Below are positions 27,216-40,483 of a stretch of DNA of 64,000 nucleotides, piece by piece (within the stretch, counting starts at the first letter, position 1; each line of letters begins with the position of its first letter). The notes under the pieces are model-generated. The model saw only the letters and a list, made by a program, of their open reading frames with translations, searched no databases and had not been told where the DNA came from. Source of the DNA: Azolla caroliniana (lineage: Eukaryota > Plantae > Polypodiophyta). The stretch spans positions 10,106,001-10,170,000 of the forward strand of contig JBHGNT010000007.1 in assembly GCA_043228905.1 (NCBI GenBank), written 5' to 3'. The position numbers and the translations under genes were made by a program.

Positions 27216-30200
27216 TGTCGTGGTGTACTTTGTACACTACATAAAATATGTGTAGAGTACCCGATTGACTAAGTATTAAGAAATAGGAGAAAATACTACA
27301 ATAATTATGTTACATGCATAGGGCATGATTTGAACCCTGTACCTCCATGTTAACAATTTTAAACCTTACAATTGTACTAGCATACTATGAGTTTTAAAAT
27401 TATACTAAACTTTATCTCATGTAAATATTCTAGATAAGCATGATAGAAAAAGTTATTCATGCATACACACTCAAGTTAAATGAAAAGATGTGATAGAAAG
27501 CTAATCATGCACATGTAGTGTGCATGAAAACTAAAGTTAGAAAAGGCATGATGCTTGCATGTGGTAAACTTAGACTCTTCAATCACTATATACAGAAGAG
27601 AGAAAGATGTATATGGTTGTTGAATATTTTTAGAAAGGGGAATTAATAAACTATACTTGTGGGATTAACAAGTTTTTTATCTCTTTCTTTTTTATCTAAA
27701 TTCATATTCTTATCTAAGTGTTGATTAATACACTATACCCATGGGATTCACGAGGTTTTTATATCTTTTACTTACAACCTATTTACATTCTTATTTGCCT
27801 TAAATGATCCAACCTCCTAGTCCAGAACCCTAGTGGTTCCCACCCGACTCACGCAACGATTCGGCACCGAAAGACACGACACATTTGGTGAACCCAACGT
27901 GAAAACAGGTGGCAAGGAGATGGAAAATCAACAAGAGGCTAACAATATGATGACAATGTTCGAGCGAATGAGCCTACAAGAATAACGCGTGATGTCGGAG
28001 ATTGCGGCGGCAGTAGAGCGGCTTGTGCAACGGAATGGGCAATTCAACAGGAAGGATGTGTCACGTTATTTGTGGGACTACAAGGCAGAGATGCTACGGT
28101 GTGGAATATCGGAAGGATTGCAAGTGACATCCTTCAATCGGGTGGCTACGGACGGGCTTCAAGGGAGTATCCATGGGATACGACAACAAAATCCGACGTG
28201 GGAAGCGTTTGAAGAAACGCTAAAGACCACGTTCGCTATCAAGGACTTTTCCAAGGCAACGCGGAGGGGATTCGAAGATTGGGTGGAAACTCTAGACAAG
28301 GGGCTGAAGGTCCTCGATGTGTTTTCGGCATTCGAAAGTCGATTCGGGAGGTTGTCTGTGAGAGATCAAGCTATCCTTGCACCGGACAAAGTGATCATGT
28401 TCTTACGAGCCGTGGACGTCCGGGACCGGAAAGATCTTGGAGTGCTCCTAGAGGACACAATTACTGAGAGTGGCCTCACCAATACATAGGAAAACGTGCG
28501 AGACATTGTCGCGCGATACACAAAAAGGGGGCAATGACTTGGTAATGAAGAAAAGAGGGTTTCAGAACCGATTCCGAAACTAAGATCCGGATTGGAAGAC
28601 CATCAACCATAGGCTCGGGAGACTGCGACCAATAAGGGAATCGATGCAACCACGGTGGAGCAGTTGCTGAAGGAGATGGAGAATCTGAAAATCGCAGTGG
28701 TGAAGAAGTTGGAAGAACGTCCCACAAGTTCCAAGTATATGGACCGTCGGTGCATATGGTGCGATAGCACTGAACATGATCGGAAGGATTGCGATGAGCA
28801 CAAGGAGGCGCTACGACGAGATCTTATCTTATCTCATTCGATGGACTCTCGGAAGCCACTTTGGCAGAACTTCCGAAAAGGCGACATGAAGAAGGTCCTA
28901 GAGGAGGAGATAGCGGCGAAAAGCAATTACACGACAACCGCGGGAATACGTGTGGGGGAGACATCTGGAGCAAAGGCATCTTTTTGGCCGGAAGTGCTAG
29001 AAATCTCGGAGAAAGCCGACTTTGATGAAATCCGGAGCACCGTGGAGGTCATCCAGGAAGCTATGGGATGGGAGGGCCCCGTAGATAAGAATAGCATACA
29101 TGTGTTATGTCAATTGCATGAGGTGTATGTAGATGAGAAATGACGGCGCACGGATGATGCCGCCGGGGCATCAAAGACACTAGAGAGCTGGAAGTCCGAA
29201 GGGAAGGGGAAAGGAAAAACAATTCTAGCATTCAAACTCGCTTTGGACATCGAACAACGGATGGACCTAAAGAAGGTGTACGAAGAGAGAATCCTTGATA
29301 GTCGGGTGGAATTTTCTCTCCGGGAATTACTCGGGATAGCGAAGAAGGAGTTTCATGATCTTCTTGTGGATCTTGTAAAAAGAAAGAGACAAACTACGGA
29401 GGAAAATGCTCCAAGGGTGAATGAGAATACCGTTCTAATGAACGACACGGAAGTGGAGGATGAAATTCCGAATTCCCACTACACAAGGCCACACTGGGCA
29501 TACGCAACTACGGAGACTCCGGTCCGAATCGGAAACATCAAAGAGCCGTACTAGCATTGATTGATCACGGGTCAGAGATTAATTTGATGTCCAAGGAGTT
29601 CTACCGGAAGGGGAAGTGGTCTATAAACACCAGCCATGGATAGAAGATTCGGGCAGCCACAAAAGCCACAAAAGATCTATTTGCGGCTTGTCCGAATGTG
29701 ACGGTGAAGATTGGAGATGTGGAGATTGACCAAAATTTCTTCGTTTAAGATGAGTTCTCACATTCCGTGATCCTTGGGCAACCCTGTGGAAACGTATGTG
29801 CGGAAGCGTAAGACAACAGCTTGGCTGCGTAGCAGCAGAGAGAGAGAGAGAATAATACACAGAATACAGAGAGTACTCGGGAGAGATAGAGAGAGAGCAT
29901 AACAAGAATCTAAATTCAAAAATTATATCAACACTCTGTATATACAACACGTGCTCAACAACACTATTTATACAAGTCCTCATGGGACTGACAGAAGTAC
30001 AGTGTACTTCAAAGCTCACACAAGCGTCTGACTCTAACTACCTAGTAATCTAAGCTATTACTAGGCTTCTGGTTACTGTTGGATCTGGCTAACCGGCTCC
30101 CCAGCTCAGGCTTATTTAGCCGATCCGGCTCCAGTTGAGCCTTCGCTCAGCACTCCCCCTCAAGCTCAACTTGAGGTTCGGTCGTAGTGTCAATGTTTGT

Positions 30201-30403
30201 GGCAACCGGTCCTTCTACCCGGCTCCTTTTGGCGTCGCTCCGCCTCACTTGCGCTCCTCGTCCGGTCCGGTTTTGTTTGCCGCAACCCCTCTTGTTCTGC
30301 TCTCTCTATCCTCCGGTTCCTCCGCGATGGCATCGACTTCCGCTGCGTCTGTGTCTGGTTGGCCTTTAGTTGATCCGGCTCCTCCGAATCCAACTCTTGA
30401 ACC

Positions 30404-33400
30404 TGTCATGATATGGCAAGACTCGAACCCATGACCTTGGGTTATATGGATCGAGCTCTTGACCATTATATCATCTATTGTAATACGTAGGATATTATTT
30501 TCATTTATATTTTATTATAGGAAATTAATGTATATTCCAGATTTCTCTGGAACATTCTAGAAGCTTCAGGATTACTCCTGAGAACACTATAAAAGAGGGC
30601 ACTAGGCATTATGTTGAGCCAAATTGGTTCAACGCCAGTCTTTAGCCTCATAGCCCTTTTGTACTTACTCTTCTTATAATATATAATCTGTTATCATCAT
30701 CTCTCTCTCTCTCTCTCTCTCTCGTCCTCGCTATCTTTTTCTCTCCTCTTCTCTCTTCTTCTCTCGGGAGTCTTACGTAGTCCCGTCCTCTTAGTACTAG
30801 TAGTACTTCCCTTCTCTAGTACTAATTCTCTCTTTGTTTAGTACTAATCCTCTCTCTGTTTAGTACTATTCCTGATAGTTTGAACCAATTTTCCTTTCTG
30901 TCTCTCTCCCTTCATACTAATCTCTTATTCCTCTTTTCTTTTCATCCCATGGCCACAGTTAGCGCTCAGGAATATCAATCGGTTTTCTCGGAGTTTCAAT
31001 GCTTGAAAGAGAAGTTCCTTGCTTTGGAACAAGAAAATCAACGGTTGCTGGGGGATCTTCAACAAATCTCCTTAGAAAAGCAGCAAACGCAACAACAACA
31101 TGGGGAACTTGCATTACGCGTGCAACAACTCGAAGCAACCATCGTAGCGATGCAACAACAAGGCCCTGGAACACAAGGGATTCATAAGGAACCCAAGATT
31201 GGCCTTCCCATGAAGTTCGATGTAACACGATCGCAGTTTAGAGGGTTCCTTAATAAGGTACGATTAGTTATTCAAATGCATCCTTCCCGATATTCAACCG
31301 ATGCATCACGAGTGGGTTTAGTAGGGACGCTGTTAAGTGGCTCAACGTTGGCATGGTTCGCTCCACTGTTGGAAAAGGAGTCTCCATTACTCAACAACTT
31401 TGAAGATTTTATAGGTGAGTTTAAAGCATGCTTTGGGGATACTGACAGCATAAGGACCGCAATCAACAAAATCTGGCGATTACGCCAAGGAGACCGTCCA
31501 GCCTCTGCATACGCTGCAGATTTCCGCCTACTCACCACTGACATCCCTTGGGATGATCAAGCGTTGATGGAGCAATTTTGTTATGGTTTACGCAATGATG
31601 TCAAGGATGTACTCTTGACTGTCCCTGAAGAGCCAAAGTCCTTAATAGAAGCAATCAGTCGCGTGGTGAGATGTGACAACCGCCTCTTTGAGTGATGTTC
31701 GGAACGATAGCTACAGATGCCGAGGGCAAGATCAGAGCCCACATATGCCTCAATGGTAGCAAAACCTTTACCGAGGGAGTACTATAATGCGCCTCCAGTG
31801 AATACTCCGACTCCGATGGAGATTGACACTACACGTCGTCGAGGGCCATTATCCGAAGAAGAAAAGCAGTGACGTTGAACAAATCGACTATGTCTCTATT
31901 GTGGTGGACCAGGACACATTGCAATCAATTGTCCCCATAGGCCAAGAAGACAGGTAAACCAAATAGTTGCTAGTTCTAATTGTACTACACCCGAGCCTAT
32001 TACAGTAGGGATATCTGATAGTACTAATAGTACTAATAGCCTAGATCTAGTGAACAAATTTGATGTCCTTAGTCAGTCAAAAGAAGAGTTAAACGACTAA
32101 GTCTAGCCAAAATAGGAGCGGTTTGGTTGGACAACCCTAGATCTGTGCAGCCCATTAGTGGTTCCATTCCCTCTAATCAAGTTAGCAATGTGTTCGTAGC
32201 CCAAGTAACAGTTAGTACTAAAAGTACCCCTCCAGTACACGTCTTAGCACTTCTAGACTCCGGAGCTAATTCTTGCTTTATGGATAGGAATTTTGCCCAA
32301 GCTCATCAGATATCTGTTAGAAAACTGTCCAGCCTCCGTACTCGTCATTGATGGTCGTCCCATTGCTTCCGGAAATATCATAGAAGAGTCAGAACCTGTT
32401 AATATTGTCCTAGATAACTTAGCATGTGTAGTATCATTTAACATTATTAGTATCCCAGAACATCCCATCGTTTTGGGATTACCATGGTTCGAGTTACATA
32501 ACCTAGACATACATTGGAGAACAAGAGAAATCCGGTGTCGACAAACCCAAGGATCTACTCAGAAGATTGCCACCATTTCACTACATCAATTGCAGGAAGA
32601 AGGACGCAAGGAAGCAATGTTTCTCTTCGCAATATCACTAAAACCCTCCGACACCATTAAAAAGGAGTCCACCGTTCAGCTTCCAAAGAAGTATCATCAT
32701 TATGCCGATGTATTCGATAAAGTACGAGCCAATATGCTTCCTCACCATCGACCATATGATTGCCCCATCGATTTACAACCGGGGAAAGAGCCACCATGGG
32801 GACCGATCTACAATTTGTCACCAACCGAGCTAGAAGTCCTTCGAGCCTATATAGAGGAGAATTTGGAGAATGGATTCATTCGACATTCGAAATCTCCAGC
32901 CGGCGCACCCATTTTCTTTGTCAAGAAAAAGGATGGCTCACTTCGTCTGGTGGTAGATTACCGTGGCTTGAATAAAGTTACAATTCGCAGTAGGTATGCA
33001 CTTCCCCTTATCTCAAGTCTTTTAGAACAGATCAATGGTGCCAGGTTCTTCACAAAGATCGGTTTACGGGGGGCCTATAACCTCGTACGGATCCGACCAG
33101 GAGATGAATGGAAGACCACATTCCGCACTAGATATGGGCACTTCGAGTATATGGTCATGCCGTTCGGCCTCACTAATGCGCCAACAGTCTTCCAGCACAT
33201 GGCAAATGATATATTCCGAGATGTCTTGGATGTGTGTCTGATCATCTACTTGGATGATCTATTGGTTTATTCAAAGACCGAAGAAGAGCATGATTCTCAT
33301 GTACTGTTAGTACTAAAAGACTTCGAGAACATGGTCTTTACGCAAAGCTAGAAAAATGTAGTTTCGGGTGCAACCAGGTGGAATTTCTTGGCTATGTCAT

Positions 33401-36341
33401 TTCATCAGAAGGCATCTCCATGGACCCAGCTAAGGTCAAGACAGTGGTAGAATGGCAGACTCCACGCTCGGTGCGGGATGTGCAATGCTTTTTAGGCTTT
33501 GCCAATTTTTATCAGAAGTTTATACAAGATTACTCAAAGCTCGTTTTGCCTCTCACACAACTTACCAGGAAGGGACAATCGTTCGTTTGGTCTGAAGAAG
33601 CAAATATGGCTTTTGAGAGTCTTAAAAAGGCATTTACATCGGCTCCAATTCTAGCTCATGTCGATTCGGAACAACCATTCATTATCGAAGCTGACGCATC
33701 AGATTTCGCATTGGGGAGCATTCTGTTACAACGGGGTCATGATGAGAAGCTACATCCTGTGGCTTTTCACTCACGCAAGTTTGACGCCGCCGAAATCAAT
33801 TATGAAATTCATCATAAGGAGCTATTGGCAATAGTGGACTCGTTTATGCAATGGAGGCATTTTTTAGAGGGATCCTCTCATCAAGTCACCGTATTCAGTG
33901 GCCATAAAAACCTTGCCTACTTTCAGGATGCTCGTGTGTTAAATCGACGTTAAGCTCGGTGGGCCCACTTCCTCACGTGTTTCGACTTCAAAATTACATA
34001 TCGTCTGGGGAAGCACCAAGGGAAGGCAGATGCATTATCACGACGTTCGTATCTAACACCGTGTCCCGGCGAGCCAGCTTTCGATAACCAAAAGCAAGTA
34101 ATCTTGGGACCGGCACGACTGCAAGCAACACAGGTTTTTGGCATGCCCATGGATTCCCACGTTATCAATATCATACGTGTGGACTTGATGACAGATGCTT
34201 TCGCCCAAGCTATACTAGCACAAATTGATCCCTCTCGAGCATCGTGTTCACAGTCGCAACCACCAGGTACAGACTATCAGCAATTCAAATACCATGATGG
34301 ATTACTCTTCTTTAAAGAACTTTTGTATGTTCCTAATGGTTCTTGCCGCCTTCGAGTAGTACAAAACTGTCATGACACATACAACTGAGCATTTTGGTAG
34401 TACTAAAACATTAGATTTAGTACAACGATCATTCTGGTGGCCCCGTATGCGACAATTCGTCGAAGATTTTGTTCAGACTTGTGATACATGCTGCAGAGCG
34501 AAAATGCCAAGGCATCATCCATATGGTTTATTAGAACCATTACCAATTCCAAGCAAGCAGTGACAATCCATTGCTCTCGACTTCATCACAGATCTTCAAG
34601 TCTCTAAGGGGTTTAATGCGATTCTAACAGTGGTAGATCGATATACGAAGATGGCTCATTTCTTGCCATGTACTAAGGAAATCTCCAGTGAAGACACCGC
34701 CGAAATTGTCATGCGTGAAGTATGTCGGCATCATGAACTTCTCGATAGTATCATCAGCGACCGTGGACCCCAGTTCGTGTCAAAAATTTGGAAGCACCTT
34801 TTTAAAATGCTCAAGGTCAATTGTAACCTCTCCTTCGGCTACCACCCACAAACTGATGGCCAAGCCGAACGAACAAATCAAACACTGGAGCAATATCTGT
34901 GGTGCTTTCTCAGCTATCATCAAGATAACTGGGCAGATATTCTTGACTTCGCCGAATTTGCCTATAATAACTCTATCCACACATCGACTAAAGTTATGCC
35001 ATTTTATGCTTATACGGGATGTCACCCTCAGTGGAGTGTACTTGAAACCCCAGAGGTGTCCACAAATCCTTGCGCGGAGGATCGTTTGGAGCAGTTACGC
35101 AAGATACAAGCAGATTTATTTACTCATCTCCAGCAAGCTCAACAAACACACAAGGTCTACGCGGATCGTCATCGACTTCCATCTAGTTTTAACATTGGAG
35201 ATCGGGTCACCCTCGGTGGAGTGTACTTGAAACCCCAGAGGTGTCCACAAATCCTTGCGTGGAGGATCGTTTGGAGCAGTTACGCAAGATACAAGCAGAT
35301 TTATTTACTCATCTCCAGCAAGCTCAACAAACACACAAGGTCTACGCGGATCGTCATCGACTTCCATCTAGTTTTAACATTGGAGATCGGGTGTGGCTGC
35401 TACGATGACACATCAAGACTACTTGCCCATGTGAGAAGTTGGATTATCGGCGATTAGGTCCTTTCCGTATTATCGGAAAGATTAATGATGCCGTTTTTCG
35501 TCTCGATCTACCTCTTTAACTTCGGATACATCCGGTGTTTCATAGTTCTCTCCTCCAGCCCTATCATGAGAACACCATCCCAGGATGTATTATACAACCT
35601 CCACCCCCGATCGAGCTTGAAGATGGACCAGAGTACGAGGTTGCCGCCATCCTTGATTCCAAGATTGTTCGCAACAAGCTCTACTATCTAGTCGATTGGC
35701 TAGGCTATAGTCCCAGCGAACGTACTTGGGAACCGATCGAGAATGTGACCAATGCTCGTGCGCTTCTTGAAGACTTCCATCGTCAATATCCACACAAACT
35801 GGGTCCTCCATCCAAAACGACTCATGACACTCGTCATTTTAAAGGGAGGATAGTGTCATGATATGGCAAGACTCGAACCCATGACCTTAGGTTATATGGG
35901 TCGAGCTCTTGACCATTATATCATCTATTGTAATACATAAAATATTATTTTCATTTACATTTTATTATAGGAAATTAATGTATATTCCAGATTTCTCTGG
36001 AACATTCTAGAAGCTTCAGGATTACTCCTGAGAACACTATAAAAGAGGGCACTAGGCATTATGTTGAGCCAAATTGGTTCAACGCCAGTCTTTAGCCTCA
36101 TAGCCCTTTTGTACTTACTCTTCTTATAATATATAATCTGTTATCATCATCTCTCTCTCTCTCTCGTCCTCACTATCTCTTTCTCTCCTCTTCTCTCTTC
36201 CTCTCTCGGGAGTCTTACGTAGTCCCGTCCTCTTAGTACTAGTAGTACTTCCCTTCTCTAGTACTAATTCTCTCTCTGTTTAGTACTAATTCTCTCTCTG
36301 TTTAGTGCTAATCCTCTCTCTGTTTAGTACTATTCCTGACA
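30404..36341 (+). mobile_element. Chromodomain-bearing Ty3/gypsy element (Tcn1/Tf1-sushi-like), full span
   Basis: LTRs 30404-30877 and 35854-36341, TSD GAACC/GAACT, PPT AAAGGGAGGATAG at 35841-35853. Gag with CLYCGGPGHIAINC, PR LLDSGA, RT YLDD, RNase H EADASD, integrase, and chromodomain EYEVAAILDS...YLVDWLGY...TWEP. Confidence 0.96.
30949..35861 (+). pseudogene. Disrupted gag (30949-32100) and pol (about 32091-35861) of the chromovirus
   Basis: ORF pieces 30880-31695, 32127-32351, 32293-33351, 33378-33953, 34630-35457 and 35535-35861, with multiple stops and frameshifts. Confidence 0.9.
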
Positions 36342-39300
36342 GAACTGAATCAATTGTCTTTGATTCATTCCTGCTTTTGTCCGAATCGGTATTCTCCAAC
36401 TCTTCTTCCGGTTCCAGGCCCTTTACCACATTAGACCATGTCCGGGTCTTGGCGTTCTCCTTCCGGTCGGCTCTGTCCTTCTTGACTCTACCGCCGCAAC
36501 CGCTCGTTCCGACTTGTTCGGATGTGCCGACTTCCTTCGTCGACTTGGCTTCCTTTTTCTTCTTGTCTCCCCCTCTTCCGGTTCTTACCTCACCGGTGCT
36601 AGCAACAATTTCTTTGCCTTTGCCCGTTCCGGTGCCTTCGCTACCCTTTCTCCCCCTCAAGTGTGGCACGTCAAGATGTTGAACACCAAGCATTTCGGTA
36701 ACGCACTGCAACTTGTCCGATCCTAGCGGTTTGGTTAAGATGTTGACAACTTGCTGATCCTTCTGAACATACCGAAGTTCTACTTCACTGCTCAGGACCC
36801 TCTCAAGCACGAAGTGATAATGCACTTCTATGTGCTTTGTACGAGCATGGAACACGAGGTTCATGGCAAGTTGCATGCTGCTCATATTGTCGCAGTAGAT
36901 CAAGATCAGGGTCAGTACCTCGATCCGTAGGTCTTGCAGCAGTCACCGAAGCCAAATGGCTTCATAGGTGGCGACGATAGCGCCCCGATACTCAGCATCA
37001 GTGCTCAACAGAGCCACTGTTGGTTGGCTGCTTTTTGCTGCTCCACGCAACAGCCGTGCTACCTAGGGAAAACATGTAACCGGAAGTTGATCGGCGATCT
37101 GATGCATCGCCAGCCCAGTCAGCATCCGTGTAACCGACTAGCTCGCCGGTATAACAGTCCCCGGTCCTTCGTGCCGCTCACATACCGCAGTATTTAGTGC
37201 GCGCACTGAAGATGCTCTACGGTCGGCTTTTGCATGAATTGGCTAATCACACCGACCGGATAGCTGATGTCGGGTTGGGTGATGGTCAAATATATAAGGC
37301 TTCCGACAATTTGTCGGAACCGTTTCTCATCGCAGGCCGTCCGGAGTTGGGACAGAGCTTTTGGTTCCGGTCCAGGGGTGTTGAGACAGGTCGACATTCT
37401 GTCATGCCGAACTTGTACAACATGTTCAACACATAGTGTCTTTGTGAGAGCAATATGCCATCGGGGGTTTAGATGACCTCGATACCAAGAAAATAGTGAA
37501 GGTCCCCTAGGTCCTTCATCTCAAATGCGTCCGACAACTGGGACTTGACTCGGCTGATTTCATCGAGTCCGGGTCTGGTGATGACTAGATCATCAACATA
37601 CAGCAAGATGCAAGCCAGACAGTCCGGACCTTGCCGGATGAACAACGAAGAGTCGGACTTGGAGGCCGTAAACCCCATCTTACGCAACTGGTGCGTGATC
37701 TTCACATTCCAAGCTCGGGGGGCTTGCTTCAGGCCATTAAGTGACTTCTTCTGCCGGCATACCGCCGACTTGTTCATCTCCAACTGAAAATCGGGGGGTT
37801 GGGTCATAAAGACCTCTTCTTCAAGATCGCCCTAAAGAAAAGAATTCTTCATGTCCATTTGGTGAAGATGCCACCCCCTTGCCACAACAACCACTAGCAC
37901 CACACGAACCGTTGTCATCTTCGCTACCGGAGCGAAGGGCTCGTCGTAGTCGATTCCATGGGTCTGTGCGTATCCCTTTGCCACTAGCAGGGCCTTGTAC
38001 CAGTTAACTGAACCGTTGACGTTTTACTTTACCTTGTACACCCACTTGCAGCCGATCGGTTTACAGTGACGGGGAGGGTCAACAAGGTCCCATGTCTCGT
38101 TGGCATCAAGTGCCCGCATTTCTTCCTCCATAGCGGCACGCCAATTTGCGTCCTTTGCCGCTTCTGCGTAGCTCTCCTGCTCACGCATTTCCACCACCTT
38201 GGTCATGTACGCATAGTGATGCGCCATGTACTCATTCACGGGTTTCTTCTGGCGGGAAGACCGACGTAACTTGGTATTACCCGGTTTGAGGCCCTGCTTG
38301 GCTGGTTTGGTCTTAGTTGCCGAAGAACCATCATTTTCCTTTCCAGAGTCGGATCCACTCCGATCCGACTCATCATTACCGGTTTCATAAACCATCATCT
38401 TCTTCTTCCCCTTCTCTTTACGCGTGAACTGTCTCCTCGGTTCCTTACGCAGGGAGGGCACGACAGAGTCTTCACTACTCGCCGGTTCCTCATCTCACTA
38501 GTCGGATTGAACCAGTATCTCGTTCGGCCCAGTCAACCAAAACGATTCCAGACTCTTCTTGAGTTTCGGATTCATCACCTTCTACCTCGGCCGGTTCAGG
38601 CTCACTAGCCTCATCCTCCGGCATCGGGTCGGGGTCGGAAGTCGGAGTTGGTAAGGAATACCATGATGCCGTTCCATCGAACTCGACATTGCGGCTAACT
38701 CGGACCTGCTTCGTCCGGGGGTATAACACTTATAACCCTTTTGTTCAAGTGAGTAGTCGACGAGGATACATTTCTCCGACTTTGCATCCAAATTCCTCTG
38801 CTTCTCATCCGGCACATGTACATATGCAATGCTACCAAATATCCAAAGGTGTTGCAAATTCGGCTTGCGCCCGAAATACAGCTCATGCGTGGACACCTTG
38901 TCACCGATCCGGTTTTGGATATAGACGGCCGTCCGGACCGCCTCCGCCTAGTAGAAATGAGGCATGCTCTTCTCTTCCAGCATTGCCCTTGCCACGTTGA
39001 TAAGCGACTGGTTCTTCCTCTCGGTTACTCCGTTCTGTTCCGGTGTGTATCTGCAGCTGAACTCTCGCCGAATTCCTATTTGCGGCATATAATTGTTGAT
39101 TTGGCCCGAAAAATATTCTTTTCCGTCATCTGACCGCAGGCACTTGATCTTCCTCTCCATTTCCCGTTCAACCAGGCTTTGCAGGTTCCGGAAACACTCG
39201 AAGACTTCGCTCTTCCGCTCAATGAGGTAGATCCATGTGTGTCGGTTGTAGTCGTCGATGAAGGAGACGAAATATCGACTCCCGCCAAGACTCACGTTCT

Positions 39301-40483
39301 GTGCCGGTCCCCATATATCCAAATGAATAAAGTCGAGCTTGTTACGGCTACGGTTTCATTCGGTGGGGAACGGAAGCTGGTCTTGCTTCCCGAGTTGGCA
39401 GGCTTCACATACATGGGCCGTCCGGTCACTAAACTTCGGCAAAGTCTTGAAGCCGCCGGTAACTAACGTGGCCGATCCGCTTGTGCCAGAGATCAATATC
39501 CGATTCAATCTTCTATCCTTTGGCGAACAATGCGGTGCCGACATCATTGGTGTTGAGGATGAACATCCTCCCGTCTCTACGCCCTTGTGCAAGGATTTGG
39601 CCCTCTTCCTCGATGAAGCACCCGAGGTGCGTAAACCACACCTGCATGCCCTGGTCGACAATCTATCCAACCGACACCAGGTTCTTCGTGATAGTCAAAA
39701 CGTGTAATACGTTAATCAGCTTCCCTCTCTGTCTGACGTGGCTCAAATGGACTTCTCCGATATGCACAATTGGGTGAGGAGTGTCGTCTCCGGTTTCGAC
39801 AACTCCCGGTTGTTCCGGTTTCTCCAGGAAGGAGAACCACTCTTTGTGGCTCGTCATGTGATTCGACGCACCGAAATCAACATACCATACTTCCTCCGAT
39901 TTGGAAGTGGTCTTCTTCATCGAATTTGCCTTGTGCTTCATCACCAAGGCTGGCCCCTTACTGGTCTTCCCGGTTTTGGATCCTTTCGATCCTTGTGCAT
40001 AGTGCGAGCTTTGCCGGTTCTCCCGACCAGTTTTGCTGGATCCAGATCTGTCCGAATCGGCGCGCTTCTTCCAGCACTCACTTTCTCTGTGGCCCTTTTT
40101 GCCATAGTACCAACATTTCGTGGCGGATTTGTCTTGCCGGCCTTTGGCGCCGCCTTGACTCCCCTTGCTTGTGGAAGTCCCAGAACTGCTGTCGACACAT
40201 TCTCTGTGCCTTCTTTCTTGCTCTTGCCGGCCGCCTCCAGTGCCCCACGCCCACATGGCCTATCCGCCTCCGTGTACAACATCCAGCTGTCCGATTGAGT
40301 GGTCCTGGACCCACTCACATGGTTTACTTCGACCATCAACATCGATTGTAAGTCGAAGAAGGTCAGTGGTTTCTCCTGGGTGCAGATCGCTGTCCGGATT
40401 GGACCATACCTTTGTGCTAGACCACCAAGGTAGATTTGTACCATTTCATCTTCGTCCCCCGTCATGTTGATGGACCCGAGCGT

